A stretch of DNA of 42,182 nucleotides, from the IMG/VR virus record IMGVR_UViG_3300045988_148823, positions 1-42,182 of that record; one strand, given 5' to 3'. The stretch is from a virus. Positions 31,174-39,795 of this stretch are shown here, piece by piece. The position numbers were made by a program, and so were the translations under genes. Below the pieces are notes generated by a model. The model made no database searches and was not told where the DNA came from. It saw only the letters and a list, made by a program, of their open reading frames with translations. Positions within the stretch are counted from its first letter, which is position 1. The number at the start of each line of letters is the position of its first letter.

Positions 31174-31329
31174 ATGAAGCACAAGTTTTGGATTAGAGTT
31201 AGATTTTGTGGAGAAATCATAGATAGATTTTTCTTAGATTATCCTAAGATGAATTATTTTATAACTAAACATAATATAAAAGATAAAGACATTATTTTTA
31301 TAAAAACTAGAAAAGAATTAATAAGGTAA
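31174..31329 (+). CDS. Small basic hypothetical protein (51 aa)
   Basis: MKHKFWIRVRFCGEIIDRFFLDYPKMNYFITKHNIKDKDIIFIKTRKELIR*. RBS ggaggaag upstream. Confidence 0.45.
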   Translation: MKHKFWIRVRFCGEIIDRFFLDYPKMNYFITKHNIKDKDIIFIKTRKELIR

Positions 31330-31355
31330 TAAAACAATAATATCTAGGAGGTATT

Positions 31356-31571
31356 ATGACTAAAGATAAAGATTTGTTGCAATATTGCAAAGATAAAAAG
31401 CTTCCAGTAGAAGAAATGACAATAAAAGATTTTCAATCTATAGAAAATATGTTAGATTTTCAACTTTATAAATTAAGATTAGAATTTAAATGTTTAGGAC
31501 TAGAAATTTTAAATGCAATGAAAAAGATTGAACATAGGAAGAAAAGTTGCAAAAACTTTAAATGTAAATAA
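31356..31571 (+). CDS. Hypothetical protein
   Basis: 71 aa with RBS aggaggt. Confidence 0.6.
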   Translation: MTKDKDLLQYCKDKKLPVEEMTIKDFQSIENMLDFQLYKLRLEFKCLGLEILNAMKKIEHRKKSCKNFKCK

Positions 31572-31599
31572 ATAGTAATTGTTTTATGGGAGGGTAAGC

Positions 31600-31944
31600 A
31601 TGAGAGAATTAAAATTAAAGACTAAATATAAACATTTTAAGAATAAGGAATATTTTACATTATGTAAGTCAATTCCAGTTGATGAGGGGATTATAGATTC
31701 ATTACAAAGACTATCCTTTATATGTAATCATACTGAAAACAATGACATACTTCATATATTTCCATTAACAAATGGGGAATATGTTCATTGGGATAAAAAT
31801 TGTTCTGATGAATTAGTCATTTATATGGCTTTATATGACAACTTCAAAATATATGCTAGACCTTACGATATGTTTATGAGTGAAGTGGATAAAGTTAAAT
31901 ATCCAAATGTAAAACAAAAATACAGACTTGAGGAATTGAGATAG
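31600..31944 (+). CDS. DUF1653-like protein
   Basis: ATG at 31600 follows gggaggg; the track's TTG at 31579 is less likely. [12 protein letters not shown]...[25 protein letters not shown] resembles the DUF1653 pattern (Y.HFKG..Y...vvY.alY....w.RP..mF). Confidence 0.5.
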   Translation: MRELKLKTKYKHFKNKEYFTLCKSIPVDEGIIDSLQRLSFICNHTENNDILHIFPLTNGEYVHWDKNCSDELVIYMALYDNFKIYARPYDMFMSEVDKVKYPNVKQKYRLEELR

Positions 31945-31990
31945 AATATTAAAGTAAATAAACGATAATTTTCTTTTATAGGGGGATTAA

Positions 31991-32389
31991 ATGACTAAAG
32001 ATAAATATAAATATGTTGAAGGGTTATTAAGAAATTATAAAAAAAATAAATCAAGAATTAAAATATTAGAGTTAGGGTTAGTTACTGATGATGATTATAC
32101 GCTTACTGCGATAGATTATTCAAAAGATAAAATACAAACTTCTAATAAAAGTGATCTATCAGATGCAATAGTTAAAAGAGAAAAAGAATTAGAAAAACTT
32201 AAGTATGAAGTAAGCCTAACAGATGCGCTCTTAGAAAGTCTAAATAATAAAGATAGATATATAATTGAAGCTTTTTATATAGAAAATATTAGAATGAATA
32301 AAATTGCAGTAAAATTAAATTACTACGAAACTAAAACAGTATGGAGTAATAAAGATAGAATAATGAATAGCTTAATAGAATTAGTGTAG
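31991..32389 (+). CDS. Late-gene transcriptional activator (RinA/ArpU-like, sigma region-4-like C-terminus)
   Basis: KYKYVEGLLRNYKKNKSRIKILE at the N-terminus and RYIIEAFYIENIRMNKIAVKLNYYETKTVWSNKDRIMNSL at the C-terminus. 132 aa. Last gene before the terminase region. Confidence 0.6.
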   Translation: MTKDKYKYVEGLLRNYKKNKSRIKILELGLVTDDDYTLTAIDYSKDKIQTSNKSDLSDAIVKREKELEKLKYEVSLTDALLESLNNKDRYIIEAFYIENIRMNKIAVKLNYYETKTVWSNKDRIMNSLIELV

Positions 32390-32409
32390 GCGTAAAAGCC
32401 TACTTTTTT
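32386..32409 (+). terminator. Rho-independent terminator
   Basis: GTAGGC (32386-91) pairs with GCCTAC (32398-403), followed by T6. Confidence 0.8.
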
Positions 32410-32639
32410 ATTGCAAAAAACCTTACAAGTGTTGAAATGACTATATTTTAACTATGAAATGACGTTTATTTTACATTTTAGATGTAGTATTATATTAACA
32501 TAGATATTTTATGATAATTTCATAATTATTCTTAATCTCCTTATTACTTATATTGTTTTTAATATTTTTGTTTTGATTTTTTATCCTAGCATATCAGTTT
32601 AAATTGATGTGCTAGTATTAAAACTCAAAGGTGGTAGAG

Positions 32640-32786
32640 TTGAAGGAGAGAAAAACTAAGGTTAAAACTAAGGTATGGAAAGATGTAGATGAAGTTGTAA
32701 AAACTTCTACAGTTCCGAAAAAACTTAAGTGGTACGAAAGAGAAATGATAATAGTACCAAATGGGGAGAAGGCGTCTAATAGATAG
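32640..32786 (+). CDS. Small basic hypothetical protein (48 aa)
   Basis: TTG start after aaggtgg. (M)KERKTKVKTKVWKDVDEVVKTSTVPKKLKWYEREMIIVPNGEKASNR*. Confidence 0.35.
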   Translation: MKERKTKVKTKVWKDVDEVVKTSTVPKKLKWYEREMIIVPNGEKASNR

Positions 32787-32820
32787 GCGTCTTTTTTATT
32801 TTATTTAAGGAGGTGAAACT

Positions 32821-33264
32821 TTGAGTTTAACCATAAAACAAGAAATATTCGTACAGAGATTGATTGAAGGCTATTCTCAAAGAGAAGCCTATAAATTCGC
32901 ATATAATTGCGAGAAAATGAAAGATGAAAGCATAGATATAGAAGCTTCTAAATTATTTAATAACCCTAAGATTTCCCTAAGGTATCAAGAGTTGTTAGAT
33001 GAATATAAGGAAAAAGCTAAATGGAACAGAAGTAAAGCAGAAGAAAAGCTTATGTGGTTACTTGATAAATCTCAAGAAGATATTGAGTACAAAGGATTGA
33101 AACAAGCTAATAGTTCATCAATGCTTAATGCTATAAAAGAATTGAATACCCTTACTGATTTATATCCTAAAAAGAATAAAGAGGATAATAATCTAGAAGA
33201 TAGAGAAGCCGAAAAAATAGCTAATGCAATTCTTGAGTTAAGAGGTAGAAATGGAACTAGATAA
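32821..33264 (+). CDS. terS: Terminase small subunit
   Basis: TTG start after aaggaggtg. LTIKQEIFVQRLIEGYSQREAYKFAY...ASKLFNNPKISLRYQELL is typical of Terminase_2/P27-type small subunits. Confidence 0.8.
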   Translation: MSLTIKQEIFVQRLIEGYSQREAYKFAYNCEKMKDESIDIEASKLFNNPKISLRYQELLDEYKEKAKWNRSKAEEKLMWLLDKSQEDIEYKGLKQANSSSMLNAIKELNTLTDLYPKKNKEDNNLEDREAEKIANAILELRGRNGTR

Positions 33265-33898
33265 TTATACCGAAAAACAAATAGAGGTTTTAGAAAGTTT
33301 CGCTATTGATAATCCTAAGATATTAATATGTAGTGGAGCAAAAAGAGCAGGTAAGACTTTTATACTTATTAAAATATTTTTAGCTCATGTATCATTATTT
33401 AAAAATCAAGGATTAAGCTTCATAATTGGGGGAACTACTCAAGCTTCAATTAGAAGAAATATATTAAATGACTTAGAAGCTATTTTAGGCAGAGAAATAA
33501 AGTTTAAAGATGATGGACATTTTCCTTTATATGGAAATAAGATTTATTGCTTTCATGGGGCTAATGCCGACAGTTACAAAGCTATGAGAGGTTTTACGAG
33601 TGCAGGTGCTTTACTTAATGAAGCTACTACATTACATGATACTTTTGTAAAAGAAGCTATTTCAAGATGTTCTTATGATGGTGCTAGAATTTTTATGGAC
33701 ACTAACCCAGAGAACCCTACTCATACAGTAAAAGTTAATTACATAGACAAAGATGGTCAAAGACTTAAAAATGGTCAATTAAATATAAAAGCTTTTAATT
33801 TTACTTTGTATGATAATACTTTTTTAAATAAAGAATATGTGGAAAGTATTGAAGCTTCTACACCTAGTGGAATGTTTTATGATAGAGATATTTTGGGT
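33251..33898 (+). CDS. terL: Terminase large subunit, exon 1 (ATPase domain)
   Basis: Walker A ILICSGAKRAGKTF and Walker B-like ALLNEATT. The protein-like sequence stops making sense after ...YDRDILG. The track ORF runs on 21 codons into the intron. Confidence 0.8.
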
Positions 33899-34937
33899 AA
33901 ACCTATTGCCCCGTATATCAGTAATGGTATATTGAAAATCGGGTTAAAATTGGAAGGCTAAGTTAATGATGAATAAGTTAATAGAATTGTGTTATAATAT
34001 ATATAAGGAGTGTGGGTGTTATGATTATTATATATTCTATAACAAATACTATTAACAATAAAAGATATATTGGTATATCACAAGATTATAAGAACAGAAA
34101 AAGAGTTCACGAATGGGCTATGAAAAACAATAAGCACAGAAACATTAAGCTTCAAAGAGCAGTTAATAAGTATGGGTATGATAATTTTAAATTTGAAGTA
34201 CTTGAAGAAATTGAAACTGATGACAGAATCGAAGCACTTACTTTAGAAAATAAATATATTATTAAATATGATACATATAAAAATGGTTATAATCAAAGTG
34301 AAGGTTTTGAAGGTAGCACTTTGCAAAAGTATTCAAAAGAAAGACTTGAAAAAATGCGAGTTAATATGCTTGGGAATACAATATGGGAAGGGAGAAAGCA
34401 TACAGAAGAAGCTAAAGCCAAGATAGGCAAGGCTCACAAAGGTAAAATTGTAAGCCTAAAAACTAGAGAAAAAATAAGTAAAGCTAATAAAGGCAAAGCT
34501 ATTGGAGAAAATAATCATTTTTATGGTAAAAACCATACAGAAGAAACTAAATCTAAAATAAGAAAAAAGAATGGTAAACCTATTATATGTATAGAAACAT
34601 CTATAAAATATGATAGTATAAACCAATGTGCTAATGATATGAATATAGATAGGAAAGCTATTGAACGAGTTCTTAATGGTAAATACAAGCAAACAAAAGG
34701 ATATACATTTAAATATATATAATCATTAATATGCTAATCAATTACCAATCCTAAAGAGAAATCTTAGGAAGGTTTAACGACTAGATAAAGTAAGCTAAAT
34801 ATTAAAGACCGAAAGGTCTTTTTTATATGCAGAAATATCCACGAAATCCGAGTTCCTAATGGGAATATGAGATAGTCTGAACTTATAGGAAACTATAAGA
34901 AGTAGAGGATAAAGAGCCTTTACGATAACAATAATTG
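33899..34937 (+). mobile_element. Group I intron interrupting terL, carrying a homing-endonuclease ORF
   Basis: Exon 1 ends in T (33898), which can wobble-pair with G33908 in a short P1 (GGGT/GCCC). The intron ends in G (34937). AGATAGTC at 34870-77 resembles the conserved J8/7-P7 element, with a complementary GACTA at 34779-83. GNRA hairpin AAAGACC-gaaa-GGTCTTT at 34804-21. Joining the exons gives ...YDRDILG|TWVASEGVVYQDF, the conserved terminase junction. Confidence 0.7.
34021..34722 (+). CDS. GIY-YIG homing endonuclease (I-TevI-like, with NUMOD3-type repeats)
   Basis: ATG at 34021 lies 10 nt after aaggag. MIIIYSITNTINNKRYIGISQDYKNRKRVHEW is the GIY-YIG segment. Three repeats: GRKHTEEAKAKIGKAHKGK, SLKTREKISKANKGK and GKNHTEETKSKIRKKNGK. 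Confidence 0.85.
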   Translation: MIIIYSITNTINNKRYIGISQDYKNRKRVHEWAMKNNKHRNIKLQRAVNKYGYDNFKFEVLEEIETDDRIEALTLENKYIIKYDTYKNGYNQSEGFEGSTLQKYSKERLEKMRVNMLGNTIWEGRKHTEEAKAKIGKAHKGKIVSLKTREKISKANKGKAIGENNHFYGKNHTEETKSKIRKKNGKPIICIETSIKYDSINQCANDMNIDRKAIERVLNGKYKQTKGYTFKYI

Positions 34938-35510
34938 ACATGGGTTGCTAGTGAAGGAGTAGTGTATCAAGACTTTAATAAAGATAAACATTATATAAAA
35001 AATATAGATAAAGTTGATATTAAAAAATACTTTTGTGGTGTCGACTTTGGGTGGGAACATTATGGCTCAATAGTAGTAATTGGAAAAGATATAAATGATA
35101 ATTATTACTTAATAAAAGAATATGCTTACCAACACAAAGACATAGAAGAATGGATTGATATAGCCAAAGAAATTAAAGCTAAGTATGGCAATGTTAATTT
35201 TTATTGCGACCATGCTAGACCTGATTATATAGATAAACTTAAAAGAAGCGGTATAAGAGCAATAAATGCTAATAAAGAAGTATTAGAAGGTATTTCAATG
35301 ATAGCTAAATTATTTAAAACAGATAAGCTTTTTATACTTGAAGATAATGTAACTAGATTTAAAGATGAAATATACAATTATGTATGGCAAAAAGGGAAAG
35401 ATGAACCAGTTAAACAATTTGATGATGTTTTAGATAGTTTAAGATATGCAATTTATTCAGAATCAAAGAGAACTGGCAAAATGTTTGATAGAAACAAATA
35501 TAACGTATAG
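34938..35510 (+). CDS. terL: Terminase large subunit, exon 2 (nuclease domain)
   Basis: TWVASEGVVYQDF...CGVDFGWEHYGSIVVIG...FYCDHARPDYI...DDVLDSLRYAIY is a RNaseH-like terminase nuclease pattern. It has no RBS or ATG of its own. Confidence 0.8.
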   Translation, partial: TWVASEGVVYQDFNKDKHYIKNIDKVDIKKYFCGVDFGWEHYGSIVVIGKDINDNYYLIKEYAYQHKDIEEWIDIAKEIKAKYGNVNFYCDHARPDYIDKLKRSGIRAINANKEVLEGISMIAKLFKTDKLFILEDNVTRFKDEIYNYVWQKGKDEPVKQFDDVLDSLRYAIYSESKRTGKMFDRNKYNV

Positions 35511-35520
35511 GAGGTGTATT

Positions 35521-36888
35521 ATGAGAAAAATAAAAATAGATAAAGATTATACTTTAACTAATGATTTAATACTTGATTTAATAGATAAACATTCAGCAGA
35601 AAAATCAAGATTAGAAAAGCTTCTAAGATATTACAATAACGAAAATGACAAGATAAGTAATAGAGTATATAAAAATAAAAATAAACCACAGAATAAGCTA
35701 TCTCACCCTTACGCTCAATATATAACTGACACAGCAGTTGGTTATCTATTAGGTAAACCTATTGCTTATACTACAGAAGATAAAAAGCTTCTTGAAGAAC
35801 TTACAGATATATTTAAATATAATGATGAAACTGATAATAATACAACTTTAGCAAAGATGGCTTCTATATATGGTTATGCTTATGAAATAATGTACATAGA
35901 TAAATTTGCTAAGCCTAGATTTAAAGCAATAGATCCTTCTCAATTAATAGTTTGCTATGATAATACTTTAGAAGAAAATATAATATTAGCAATTAGATAT
36001 TATGATGAAATAGTTAGAGTTAATGATGAAGATGAAAAAATAACTAGACTTGAAATATACACTAAACCTACTCAAAATGATAAAGGGCAAATAATTGCTA
36101 ATGGTAAAATCATAAGAGGAACTGTGAAAGATAAGAACATAGTTTTATCAGATGAAGAAGATTGTTATTTTGATGATATACCAGTAAATGTATATATCAA
36201 TAATGACGAGTTATATGGGGATTTTGAAAAAGTAATAAGCTTAATAGATGCTTACGACCAAAGTCAATCTGATACTGCTAACGATTTTGAACTATTTACT
36301 AATTGTATGCTTGTAGTTAATGGTGAATTAATAGACGACGAACAAGCTAAAGACTTAAATGACATAAATTTAATACAATTTTTAAATTCAGATAGTGATG
36401 CAAAATATCTTATAAAAGATATACAAGATACTGCTTTAGAGAATTATAAAAATAGATTAAATGAAGATATACATAGATTTAGTTTTGTGCCTAATATGAC
36501 TGATGAAAATTTCAGTAATAATGCTAGTGGTATCGCGATGAAATTTAAACTTATGGGACTTGAAAACTTAGTAGGAGTTAAGGAAAGTAAATTTAAAAAA
36601 GGTTTAATGAGAAGAATAGAGTTATTATGTGCTTATACTAAGATGAAAAATAATAGCGACTATTCTTATTTAGCTATTGAGCCAGTCTTTACTAGAAATA
36701 CTCCTAATAATGAGTTAGAGTTATCACAAATAATGCAAAACTTAGATGGAATTTTAAGTGAAGAAACTATAATTGGGATGTCGCCTAGAGTTAGTGATAT
36801 TCAAGCAGAAATAGAGAAAAAAGAAAAAGAAGCTAATAAGCTTTATGAGGATAATTATTCTGAATTAGGTGATATAGATGAAGAATAA
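35521..36888 (+). CDS. Portal protein (SPP1 gp6-like)
   Basis: ATG at 35521 follows ggaggtg; the track start at 35446 lies inside terL. 455 aa. N-terminal ...RLEKLLRYYNNENDKI resembles the SPP1-type portal. Confidence 0.8.
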   Translation: MRKIKIDKDYTLTNDLILDLIDKHSAEKSRLEKLLRYYNNENDKISNRVYKNKNKPQNKLSHPYAQYITDTAVGYLLGKPIAYTTEDKKLLEELTDIFKYNDETDNNTTLAKMASIYGYAYEIMYIDKFAKPRFKAIDPSQLIVCYDNTLEENIILAIRYYDEIVRVNDEDEKITRLEIYTKPTQNDKGQIIANGKIIRGTVKDKNIVLSDEEDCYFDDIPVNVYINNDELYGDFEKVISLIDAYDQSQSDTANDFELFTNCMLVVNGELIDDEQAKDLNDINLIQFLNSDSDAKYLIKDIQDTALENYKNRLNEDIHRFSFVPNMTDENFSNNASGIAMKFKLMGLENLVGVKESKFKKGLMRRIELLCAYTKMKNNSDYSYLAIEPVFTRNTPNNELELSQIMQNLDGILSEETIIGMSPRVSDIQAEIEKKEKEANKLYEDNYSELGDIDEE

Positions 36889-37909
36889 TTTATCTAATGA
36901 AGAATATTGGACCAAAAGAGAAGCTTATAAACTCAAAAAAGGTTTAAAAGATTTAAAGAAAATAGAAAAAGAATTAGTTAATGAATATAAAAAAGCTATG
37001 AATGAGATAGGTAAAGAAATTAGTAATTTATTTTATAAATATGCTAAAGATAATAACCTATCTTATTCTGATGCAAAAAAATATTTAAACAGTAGCGAAT
37101 TTAGAGAATTTAAAAGAGATTTAAAATCTTATATGAAGCTTATCGAGGAAACTGGTGATGATGAACTTTTACTTGAATTAAATACTTTATCAATGAAAAG
37201 CCGTATAAGCCGTTTAGAAGAAATATTTTATCAATGTGGTAAATATATCAATAAAGTATATGAAAACACTAATAAAAGGCTTCAAATAGCTTATAGTAGC
37301 ACTATAAAGGATAATTATTACCAAACTATATATGATATACATAAAGCTATAGGTATTGGTGTTAGTTTTTCATATATTGATAATGATATGATAAAAGAAA
37401 TATTAGCTTTTCCCTGGAGTGGTAGACATTATAGTCAAAGGTTATGGAGTAACAGAACTAAATTAAAAAATGCTATGGTTGAGGAACTTACTCAAATGCT
37501 TATACAAGGTAAAGGAGTAAGAGAAACTTCTAGGGCATTATCTAAAAGATTAGATGCAGATTTAAAGAATTGTATTAGGCTTATACACACTGAACATAGT
37601 TACTTTATGGGAGAGTCAACTGCAAAAGCTTATGAAGAATTAGAAGTGGATAAATACCAATTCCTTGCTACTTTAGACAATAGGACTTCTGAAATATGCC
37701 AAAAGTTAGATGGAAAAGTATTTGATTTAAAAGATAGAGTAGTTGGAGTTAATGCTTCGCCTATGCACCCAAGATGTAGAAGTTGTGAGATCCCTTATAT
37801 AGATAATAATTACTCAACTAGATTTGCAAGAGATAGTAAAGGTAAAAGAATAGAAGTCCCATCAAGTATGACTTATAAAGAATGGAAAGAAATTTATAAA
37901 ATAGATTAA
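36878..37909 (+). CDS. Head morphogenesis protein (SPP1 gp7 / Mu F-like)
   Basis: C-terminal LATLDNRTSEICQKLDGKVFDL...ASPMHPRCRSCEIPY is the family signature. Confidence 0.8.
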   Translation: MKNNLSNEEYWTKREAYKLKKGLKDLKKIEKELVNEYKKAMNEIGKEISNLFYKYAKDNNLSYSDAKKYLNSSEFREFKRDLKSYMKLIEETGDDELLLELNTLSMKSRISRLEEIFYQCGKYINKVYENTNKRLQIAYSSTIKDNYYQTIYDIHKAIGIGVSFSYIDNDMIKEILAFPWSGRHYSQRLWSNRTKLKNAMVEELTQMLIQGKGVRETSRALSKRLDADLKNCIRLIHTEHSYFMGESTAKAYEELEVDKYQFLATLDNRTSEICQKLDGKVFDLKDRVVGVNASPMHPRCRSCEIPYIDNNYSTRFARDSKGKRIEVPSSMTYKEWKEIYKID

Positions 37910-37973
37910 TACATTTAGTAAAAGCTAAATTACTTTTTCTTTTTTATATAGTATTTATTATAGTACTTATAGG

Positions 37974-38049
37974 GTACTAAAATTAGTACGGGTATCGGTA
38001 CTAAAAATAGTACGGGTGCTAAAAATAGTACCGGTACTAAAAATAGTAC
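37974..38049. repeat. Second array of four GTACT-N6-AGTAC palindromes, in a non-coding gap of the head module
   Basis: GTACTaaaattAGTAC 37974-89; GTACTaaaaatAGTAC 37998-38013; GTgCTaaaaatAGTAC 38016-31; GTACTaaaaatAGTAC 38034-49. Same motif as 24497-24569. Confidence 0.85.
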
Positions 38050-38255
38050 GGGTGAATAAAAAAATAAAGAGAAGGGTGCCATTTAGATTTTTATAGAAAG
38101 TATGGTCATAAAGATAACACTAAAGAACAATTTGAAGAATTTATTAAGACTAGGTAACTGGTCTTTTTTTTATTGTCTTTTTACTTGTTGTAGACACTAA
38201 AGAATAACTCGGAAAACTTAAAAGCCTACTATGGCTATAAACTAGGAGGATTAAA

Positions 38256-38858
38256 ATGGAAAAAACTAAAAACAACGTTGTTAATAATGAAGTAGATAAA
38301 ATAGCTTCAGATGTTCATGATAAGCTAATTAAAGGAACAGATGTAGAAGCTAAAGATGTTAAGACTTTCACTCAAGATGAAGTTGATAAGATGATTTCTA
38401 AAAGACTTCAAAGAGAAAGAAAAGATATAGAAGCTAAGATTGAAGCTGAACGAAAAGAAGCAGAAGAATTAGCTAAATTATCTGAACAAGAAAAACAAAA
38501 GAAATTATTTGAAAAACAAGTTAGGGAATTTGAGGAAACTAAAAAAGCATTTGAAGCTGAAAGGTTATTAAATGAAACGTCAAAGCAATTAGCTTCTAAA
38601 AATTTACCTATAGAATTTGCTCAAATGTTAAAAGGTGAAGATGCTGAAAGCACTTTTAATAATATAAATGTGTTTGAAGCTAAATTTAATGAAGCCTTAG
38701 AAAAAATGGTAACTGAAAGACTAAGAGGGGCGACTCCAAAAGTTGCAACTACAAGCAATGGAATAACTAAAGAAGAATTTAAGAAAATGTCTTTAGCACA
38801 ACAAGCAGAACTTGCAAAAAAAGATAAAGATTTATATTTAGAACTATCAAAAAATTAA
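38256..38858 (+). CDS. Capsid scaffolding protein
   Basis: 200 aa, highly charged coiled coil (FTQDEVDKMISKRLQRERKDIEAKIEAERKEAEELAKL). Lies immediately upstream of the capsid gene. RBS aggagga. Confidence 0.75.
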   Translation: MEKTKNNVVNNEVDKIASDVHDKLIKGTDVEAKDVKTFTQDEVDKMISKRLQRERKDIEAKIEAERKEAEELAKLSEQEKQKKLFEKQVREFEETKKAFEAERLLNETSKQLASKNLPIEFAQMLKGEDAESTFNNINVFEAKFNEALEKMVTERLRGATPKVATTSNGITKEEFKKMSLAQQAELAKKDKDLYLELSKN

Positions 38859-38879
38859 TTAATTATGAGGTGAAAAACT

Positions 38880-39671
38880 ATGGCATGGAATGAAAACGTA
38901 GTATATGACAATTTTGTATTAGAAAATAAATTTAAAGATATATTAGAAACTAAATTAGACGCAATAAAGTTTATGACTGTTGACACTGATTTACAAGGCG
39001 TTGAAGGTATGAAGAAAACTATAAACACTTACACTTATGAAGGTGCAGTAGAAGCAGTTGAAGAAGGTGCAGGAAATACTGAAAGAGGTAAAGTTACTTT
39101 CGTTGATCAAGATTATGATGTTATAGTTAAGCAACAAGTATTTGACTATACTGATGAACAAGCTATGAAAGATAGAAATGTAGTAGAAGTTGGTGTAAAA
39201 GGATCAGCTACTGAAATGGTAAATGATTTAAACAATGATTTCTTTACTGAAATAGCTAAAACATCTACTTTACATACTCACACTGGAACATTATCTTATG
39301 ATGTAATAGTTGACGCTATAGAAAAAATGAACATAGAAGATGAAGTTGGATTATTCTTACTTATAGGAACTGATTTAAAAGCACAAATAAGAAAAGATCC
39401 AGACTTTAAAGCTTCTCGTTTAGGAGAAATGTTATATCATGGTCAAATAGGGGACATATGTGGAGTACCAGTTGCAGTTTCTAAGAAAGTTCCTAAAAAC
39501 ACTGCGTATTTAGCTACTAAAGAAGCAGTTACTTGTTTTATTAAGAAACAAAATGAAGTTGAACAAGATAGACAAAAAGAAAAGAGAATAAATACTGTTA
39601 TAACTAGAAAAGTAGCTTTAGTAGCTTTAACTGATGCAACGAAAGCAGTTAAAATAACAGTTACACCCTAA
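38880..39671 (+). CDS. Major capsid protein
   Basis: 263 aa. Called from its position after the scaffold, a strong RBS (gaggtga) and capsid-like composition. The family was not pinned down by eye. Confidence 0.7.
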   Translation: MAWNENVVYDNFVLENKFKDILETKLDAIKFMTVDTDLQGVEGMKKTINTYTYEGAVEAVEEGAGNTERGKVTFVDQDYDVIVKQQVFDYTDEQAMKDRNVVEVGVKGSATEMVNDLNNDFFTEIAKTSTLHTHTGTLSYDVIVDAIEKMNIEDEVGLFLLIGTDLKAQIRKDPDFKASRLGEMLYHGQIGDICGVPVAVSKKVPKNTAYLATKEAVTCFIKKQNEVEQDRQKEKRINTVITRKVALVALTDATKAVKITVTP

Positions 39672-39754
39672 TCAAGACCTAGGCGAAGATCTAGGAGTTG
39701 CAAAAGCATCTATAGAAGATGTTAAGCCTAAAAGAACTAGAAAAACTAAGAAGG

Positions 39755-39780
39755 TAGAGGAATAATCCTCTATCTTTTTT
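39755..39780 (+). terminator. Rho-independent terminator after the capsid region
   Basis: TAGAGGA (39755-61) pairs with TCCTCTA (39766-72), loop ataa, then a T-run. Confidence 0.8.
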
Positions 39781-39795
39781 ATATAGGTGATAATT

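Noticed and set aside
33899-33961. The 21 extra codons at the end of track ORF 33251..33961 (KPIAPYISNGILKIGLKLEG*) as the true terminase C-terminus, with two separate terminase polypeptides
   Set aside because: The sequence after ...DILG is not terminase-like. The downstream half has no start signal. The two halves join into the conserved DILG-(T)WVASEG junction at positions obeying the group I U...G rule.
34012-34020. Track start (GTG 34012) for the homing endonuclease, and an intein interpretation of the terL insertion
   Set aside because: ATG at 34021 has proper spacing to aaggag, whereas GTG is only 1 nt from it. In-frame stops and a separate RBS exclude an intein.
35446-35520. Track start at 35446 for the portal gene
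   Set aside because: It lies inside the terL nuclease-domain coding sequence with no RBS. ATG at 35521 follows ggaggtg directly after the terL stop.
38068-38154. Start-less open frame (REGCHLDFYRKYGHKDNTKEQFEEFIKTR*) as a gene
   Set aside because: It has no ATG/GTG/TTG and no RBS. It is treated as a possible remnant and mentioned only within the finding on the non-coding gap.
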